Below are positions 57,419 to 64,000 of a stretch of DNA of 64,000 bases, in pieces (position 1 is the first letter of the stretch; every line of letters begins with the position of its first letter). Where the stretch lies: contig OX597822.1 in NCBI GenBank assembly GCA_951406725.2, positions 43,896,001-43,960,000 of the forward strand, given 5' to 3'. The stretch is from Octopus vulgaris (Eukaryota). The position numbers and the translations under genes were made by a program. The notes below the pieces were generated by a model, which was not told where the DNA came from, did no database searches, and saw nothing but the letters and a program-made list of their open reading frames with translations.

Positions 57419-58621
57419 TAGTGTGTGTGTGTGTGTGTATGCATCGCCGAAGACTTTTCTATTATGCAATTCACCAATTGTTTCAGTAAACGAAACCATC
57501 TAATTTTTAATTGTAAACATCAATTACGTAACACATTCTCAAAGTACAAATAATAGCGCCCCCCCCTTATATTCTCTAACTATTCCTCCGCCCCCACTTG
57601 TAACTCTTCTATGTATTTATAACAGACAACGTTTTAACTACCATTATAATTTTTCTCTACCTTGCGATCTCCCTACGTATTCCATTTGCACATTAATATA
57701 TGAGTCCGCTTACGCGAACATGCACACCTATAAGATGCTATAGGCGCACAGAGAAAATACGCTCGTGCACACTAACATGCGTTTGTTTAGTCTTATTTAT
57801 AAGTGATAAACCACCAATTTACCCAGAACTGTTATGTTCCACTACTGAACAGAAACTCTAACTCCCACTTCCCTCTCTTGTCCTAACAAATTCCACCTAA
57901 CTATTGATTCTAAATTTTCTCTTCCTCTTCTGGTATTTTTATCTCTAAACTTCTTTTCTTTTTATTTCCTTTGATTCTGTTAAAACACAGGTGCTGCAAT
58001 ATATCTGTCTAATTATTTACAGTTGAAATAGTAAATGACCCCAGACTATATTCACAAAAACTTTCCTGTAGTTGGCTTCAATCTAACCAAAATTCCTTCC
58101 ACCACCCTCTTTCTCCTCTCATTTTCTTTACTTTTATTCTTTCTCTTAACAGCTTTAGATTTTATCCTCTCTCATATCTTAATTCTTCATACATATGCTT
58201 CTCTTTTTTCTTCTCTCACTCCATCCTTTCCACACATTTTCGATCAAATCTACGGCGACTTAACATACGATGCCTTGACGACATTGTAACCGTCATTTAA
58301 CTAAGGAATATTCGGCCTGATGAGTAGCTAATGGAGAACCCCTTGCTGATTAATTATTACTTCCGAGATTCTGCTAGTTAGGAATCATATGTTGCCTGGA
58401 TTTTATCTGCTCCATTCCTTCAGTTTAGATTTTTATTCTAGTTGCTAACCGTGAACTATGAAATAACTTTTTTCAGCTAATCGAAATTCGATCTAGGAAA
58501 TATTTACAACCCTCTACGTCGATAATCTGCTATTGTTCTTGAAAGTTGTTTTTTATACATTTCATAGACGGCTTGAAGGTTACACCGAGATTTTGCATCA
58601 TACATTTACATATGTATGTAT

Positions 58622-59388
58622 GACATTGTTCAGTATTATTTCAAGATTTCTTGCCAATAGAGAAAGAGACGGTTTCTAACCTAGATTGAAGGCTCCTTCA
58701 ATGGAAATTCAACATCAACAACAAGGCATTTTTGTCTGTATGTATGTATGTATATGTACAGATTTGTATGCTTTGCTGTATGTATGTATTCTCATGCATG
58801 TGGTTGCATATCTCGAATTGTTCATATATATTTAAATGATAAACTTCTGGAAAGTTTTATAGATTTGTACAGTTCCAGATTGAATCTGCAGACTTCGTAT
58901 CACCTTTCTCCTTTGTAGTTTTGAGAAGCTTAATTAATCAAGCTTGGTAGTTAAGCAGTGTGTTACGTATGCCAGGGCCTCCAATAATTACAAGTGTATA
59001 TCTGAACTTGCAATCTAGATAGAGTAACGGTAGATTTATCAGTAATTCATCGTAGGTATTCGATTTTCACTAATCTTCAGGTTTAGGTTAACAACCACTG
59101 GACAGCTAGTCTCCACAAATGAACACAGTTTCTCTTTACTAATCCAAAATCATTATATCAGGTCTGTTCTGCTTACATTTCATTGAGGTCGTCACTGGTA
59201 CATTCCAGCAGTACACACTTTTATTACGAGTGGGTATGGCTTCTGCCATATAGTGGGTTCTTATTTCTTTGTCTTCGGCGTTATCCTGTTGTAGAGTGTC
59301 CTAACTACAACATCATGCCTCATCGGTTGATAATACCGTGATGACATTTTTGGACAACGGCTTATGATGTGGTATGCAATCTTCGTTG
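58622..59388 (-). mobile_element. RLE-type (R4-like) LINE 3' fragment flanked by (CATA)n
   Basis: Minus peptides HIISRCPKMSSRYYQPMRHDVV, WNVPVTTSMKCKQNRPDI and LVIIGGPG. (TATG)n abuts both ends. Confidence 0.82.
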
Positions 59389-59460
59389 TATGTATGTATG
59401 TATGTATGTATGTATGTATGTATGTATGTATGTATGTATGTATGTATGTATGCATGTATG

Positions 59461-59690
59461 TGTGAAGGCGCGAGTCTAAGTGCTTAGGGGCATTCGGCTC
59501 ATGATCGTAAGGTCGTGAGTTCAATTCCTGGCGGCGCGTTGTGTCCTTGAGCAAGACACTTTATTTCATGTTGCTCCAGTCCACTCAGCTGGCAAAAATG
59601 AATTGTACCTGTAATTCAAAGGGGCCAGCCTTGTCACAATTTGTGATCGGATCAACTGGAACCCTCGTCGTCGTAACCAACGGAGTGCTC
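59461..59690 (+). mobile_element. SINE D head joined to the SINE C tail-1 module
   Basis: The core matches 6130..6471. The tail TGTACCTGTA.TTCAAAGGG...GATCGGATCAACTGGAACCCTCGTCGTCGTAACC matches 49857..50022. Confidence 0.82.
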
Positions 59691-59905
59691 CTACCTACTA
59701 TGTATGTATGTATGTATGTATGTATGTATGTATGTATGTATGATTGATATGTATGTATATATGATGTATCTATGTATGTACATACGACCTTCGCCTAGGT
59801 TTGGATTAGAGTTGTAGCATCTCAACACCGATCCAAATCATAGCGCAGATCCATAATCTTTCGAGACTAACGGATGCAAATCATATATACATATATATAT
59901 ATGTG

Positions 59906-59978
<73 letters not shown>

Positions 59979-60365
59979 TTACGTATGTACATGTGTATTT
60001 GGACGAAAATCTATATCTATTATCTATTTCACTTCTACGCTGGTATTCATTGTGTCCATACCAAGTCGAAAGTCTCCTGTATTATGTGTCCTAAGTCTTT
60101 CTCTTTGTTGCAGCCGTCTTTCTGTTCTGTGTTGTGCATATACGTTGTCTCCTAATCTGGCGCTTTTTACAGACGAACGATTCCATGATTCCGAAGGGAA
60201 GAATCTCTTTGAAAATCTTGGAATTGGGTTTATCTACTTACGATTTTTATCCTTTCCGCTAATTGCATATGTGTGTATGTTTGTATGTCTTTTCTGTTTT
60301 TAATCATTTAAATCGTTTATGTATGTATGTATGTATGTATGTATGTATGTATGTATGTATGTATG

Positions 60366-60397
<32 letters not shown>

Positions 60398-60710
60398 TGC
60401 AAGCGTGTGTGTGTGTGTGTTTGTGTGTTTGTATGTATGTCCTCGCGTGCCTCGTTCAAAGAACTATGACACTTTTTTGCTCAGTTATCACGCAAGCTTT
60501 ATATATATTTACATATACACATTTAGCTAGATAAGCATTTATACATTATAAATACCTACATATGTATGCATGTATGTATATATACATATATACATATATA
60601 AGTGTACGTATGTATATGTACCCGCGCGCATATATGTGTATATATGTATATACGTATATAAAAGTACGTATGTATCTGTGTATATATATGTGTGTGTGTA
60701 TGTGTGTGTA

Positions 60711-60750
<40 letters not shown>

Positions 60751-60911
60751 TGTAAACGTTTAACCTTGTACTATTTTGATGATAATATAAAGCGGACAAG
60801 CTTTTTCGCCATAAGTTTTTGATCGAAGTCGATAGTTAAACGTAAGCTGTCAATCGCTCACTGTCAAAATGGTATATATTAAAGTACACTTGACACCCAC
60901 ACGTGCGCTTG

Positions 60912-60958
<47 letters not shown>

Positions 60959-60999
60959 GTGTGTGGTTGTGCGCACGAGTATGTATGTATGTATGTATG

Positions 61000-61050
<51 letters not shown>

Positions 61051-61549
61051 ATGTATGAGAAAAATAGAGAGACAGTGTGGAGAGGATTGTATACGGGCGT
61101 GTAAACCACAAGAAATTTGAATGTGATTACTACATAGAGACTGAAAGATCAATTAGCTCTTTCCACTCCATCATTATTAGCTCTAGCAATATCTCTTCAC
61201 ATATGCGAACGTTACCATAAAATACATTCACATATTTTCTCTGTAAGTTTTGAGTTATATTCTAATATATCCCGTCATTTTAGAAGACTATCACCCAAAT
61301 AGATACAAGCATATGCAAAAACATACGTACATACATACATACAGGCCAGTTGTCTTGCTGATGTGAATAACTCTTGCTGATGTGAAAATGAAGGAGAAAG
61401 TATAACTATGGATAACTTCTTCTAAACCTCCCGCTTCTCTATCCATTTCACAAATTTACATTTATACGAGTAATATTCAGTGCATTCGGTTTCATGAAGA
61501 ACTGCCTAACAGTTAGGATAAGCTTAGATATTCAGAAAGAAAAAAATAA

Positions 61550-61695
61550 TCACATGTTCTCCGGGTTCAGTCCCACTGCACCACTGTGTGACACCTAGGG
61601 CAAGGGTCTTCTGCTCTAGCCTCGGGCCGACCAAAGCCTTGTGAGTGGATTTGCTAGACGGAAACTGAAAGAAGCCCGTCGTATATATATATATA

Positions 61696-61738
<43 letters not shown>

Positions 61739-61996
61739 GTGCGTGCGTGCGTGTGTGTTTCTTATTTCTTTATTGCCCACAAGGGGCTAAACATAGAAGG
61801 AATAAACAAGGACAGACAACGGGTTTAAGTCAATTACATCGACGCCAGGGCCTAACTGGTACTTAATTTATCTACGCCGAAAGGATGAACGGCAAAGTCG
61901 AGCTCGGCGGAATTTGAACTCAGAACGTAACGGCAGACGATATAACGCTATTTCGCCCGGCGCGCTAACGTATCTGCCAGCTAGCCTCATATATAT

Positions 61997-62053
<57 letters not shown>

Positions 62054-62083
62054 GGTGTGTGGGGGTGAGGGTGTGTGGGGGTG

Positions 62084-62118
<35 letters not shown>

Positions 62119-62328
62119 ATGTTTGTGTGACTGTGTTTGTCCTCCCATCGCTTAACAACTGATGCTGGTGTGTTTGCGTCACCGTAACTTAGTGGCTCGG
62201 CCCAAGTGACCGATAGAATAAGTACTAGGCTTACAAAGAATAAGTCCTGTGGTCGATTTGTTCGACTAAAGGCGATGCTCCAGCATGGCCGCAGTCAAAT
62301 GACTGAAATAAATAAAAAAAAAAGAATA
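61550..62328 (+). mobile_element. SINE A with SINE B (-, 61762..61988) inserted in its internal microsatellite
   Basis: Head 61550-61682, tail 62120-62328. Confidence 0.85.
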
Positions 62329-62489
62329 ACAATGTCTTCATTACAAATACAATTTGTAAGTGGATCAGCAAGACTCTGCGAGACTAACCTCAAGTTTAAA
62401 CTCTGACAATGTTTTCGTGATCTACGTTCCAGAAATTAAGCTTTGTATCCTTCCTTGTCAGAAACTAGCTCCTCGGGTATTTTTTTAAA

Positions 62490-62615
62490 TTCTCCTTATT
62501 AATTTTCTCTTATCCTTTCTGTTGAAGAGCGTAGGCTAGAAACGTAAAAGACTTTTTCACTTCCCCGAGCGTGAAACTAACACGCCTGCTTATTGTTCAT
62601 ACACCAGTATTCGTA
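62490..62615 (+). mobile_element. Penelope-type hammerhead repeat (CTGTTGA family)
   Basis: CTTT-CTGTTGA-A-GAGC-gtag-GCTA-GAAA-CG-TA-AAAG at 62515..62550. Confidence 0.7.
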
Positions 62616-62616
62616 A

Positions 62617-62800
62617 TACAGTTCTATATTTAAGAGATGAGGAATTATATATATATTATTTACATTTGACGGATATTTGTCCACATCTTGTTTGTTGTTA
62701 ACACAACGTTTCAGCTGATATACTCTCCAGCCTTTATCAGGTGTCTTGGGGGAAATTTCGAACCTAGGTTCTCATTCGTAAGGTATTTTTCGTCGTCGTT
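62617..62800 (-). mobile_element. Hammerhead-bearing tail (same family as 23343..23490) with complete 3' terminus
   Basis: GACAC-CTGATAA-A-GGCTG...CAGCT-GAAA-CG-TT-GTGTT, with terminus ...CTCATCTCTTAAATATAGAACTG. Confidence 0.75.
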
Positions 62801-62803
62801 GTT

Positions 62804-62844
<41 letters not shown>

Positions 62845-64000
62845 TTAACTTTACTTGAAAAGAAAATTTCTAACAGTACACCGAATCGCTTGTCCAATGG
62901 TTATAAAGGAAACGCGCCTCTTAGGAGGCTGCCAGCCTGATGGCGAAAAATTTTCAAATGGCAGAATATCTTCCCTGAATACGAACCTGGAAGGCCACTT
63001 AAACGGGATTTGTCCCAAATTAAGCCCCCAAAGTTCACCACCACAACGACCAAAAAATCCAAAAAAGTAAAAGAACTAAATGGAACCGGGTAGAATATAA
63101 AGAAGTAATATATGCTTATTACTTTGCATTAAGTAGGCCAACCCAAGAAAAACACACCGCAAACTCCTACAGAATTTGGAGGAGCCGGAATCCAGCTAGC
63201 AGACCAAACCTGGATGAAAACAGATTAGCAAATGTTAGAAGAGATATCTTCAGAAATACCAGACTCACAGATGCAGAATTAACCTTTATTAAAAAAGTGG
63301 TAGAGAATGACCTAAATGCAAGTCAGGAAAGAAATAACGAAGCTGAGGAGAGGAATGTTGGGCCACAAGCATTGACTGAAAGGCGACCATCTGCCGAATC
63401 GACTCAAGATCCTGAAGAAAGAAAATATGACCCTAGAAAAAACAGCCCGGAAAATGATGTTGAAACAGAATTGGAAAATCACATGTTTGTTGAATAACAC
63501 AGAAAATATATCATTGAAATGAAGCAAGAAGTTCTGAATGAGCTTGCAGTTGTAGGGCATACAACTATGAATGATAGGGAACCACTCCATAAACTCTCAA
63601 ATGCACACCAACATAAAACACAAATAAAAATTGGCAACTGCGTCACACAGGAAATCATACAACAACTAAAACCTGATCTTAATAAATTAAATGAAATTAT
63701 TTACTCTGTCGCTAAGGTAATCGAAAGACGCTGTTTAACACCCAAAAAGCCAACAATACCAAATTCGAAAAGAAAATCAAACTGGAGGAGTAGAATTGAA
63801 ACTGAAATTGAATCATTGCGAAGGGAGATATCAATATTAACTGAGCTAATCTCTGGAAATGATGTAAGATCAAGAAAAGGCAGGAAGATTGTGAGAAAAT
63901 ATGGACATTCAACAAGAGAAGAACTAATGTCAGCGAAAGAAACACTTAAACAAAAAGTTCAAGCAAAAGCTCAGAGAATACGCAGATTTGAGAAAAGAAT
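62845..64000 (+). mobile_element. 5' end of an R4/Dong-type LINE directly after (TAA)n, running off the window
   Basis: Peptides KWNRVEYKEVIYAYYFA...RIWRSRNP...LDENRLANVRRDI, NWRSRIETEIESLRR and LKQKVQAKAQRIRRFEKR resemble R4/Dong N-termini. Stops and frameshifts are present. Confidence 0.78.

Noticed and set aside
62855-62960. HDV-like ribozyme in the Dong 5' UTR
   Set aside because: Hairpins and GGCGAA are present, but I could not build the nested double pseudoknot.

Overview
AT-rich, microsatellite-saturated eukaryotic non-coding DNA. The repeat landscape looks like an Octopus (cephalopod) genome; this is pattern recognition, not a database result. I can support no intact host gene, and nearly all long ORFs in the track are simple-repeat artefacts. 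The window is a mosaic of decayed mobile elements: Tc1, maT/DD37D and mariner DNA transposons, MITEs, RTE, CR1, Tx1 and R4/Dong-type (RLE) LINE fragments, Penelope-like (GIY-YIG) remnants, and four modular tRNA-derived SINE families (my labels A-D). The most notable signal is a set of minimal type I hammerhead-ribozyme motifs from several unrelated Penelope-type repeats. Their cores co-vary at the tertiary 3:8 pair (C3-G8, G3-C8, U3-A8). One sits in a candidate tRNA-head/(AAT)n/hammerhead-tail element with a Penelope-style inverted terminus, i.e. a putative Penelope-mobilised SINE. Other signals are a CR1-SINE shared 3' stem-loop, an RLE LINE apparently associated with (CATA)n, SINE multimers with a recurrent junction, and a degenerate HDV-like fold at the 5' end of an RTE-type non-autonomous element. 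All coordinates were read by eye and may be off by a few bases.
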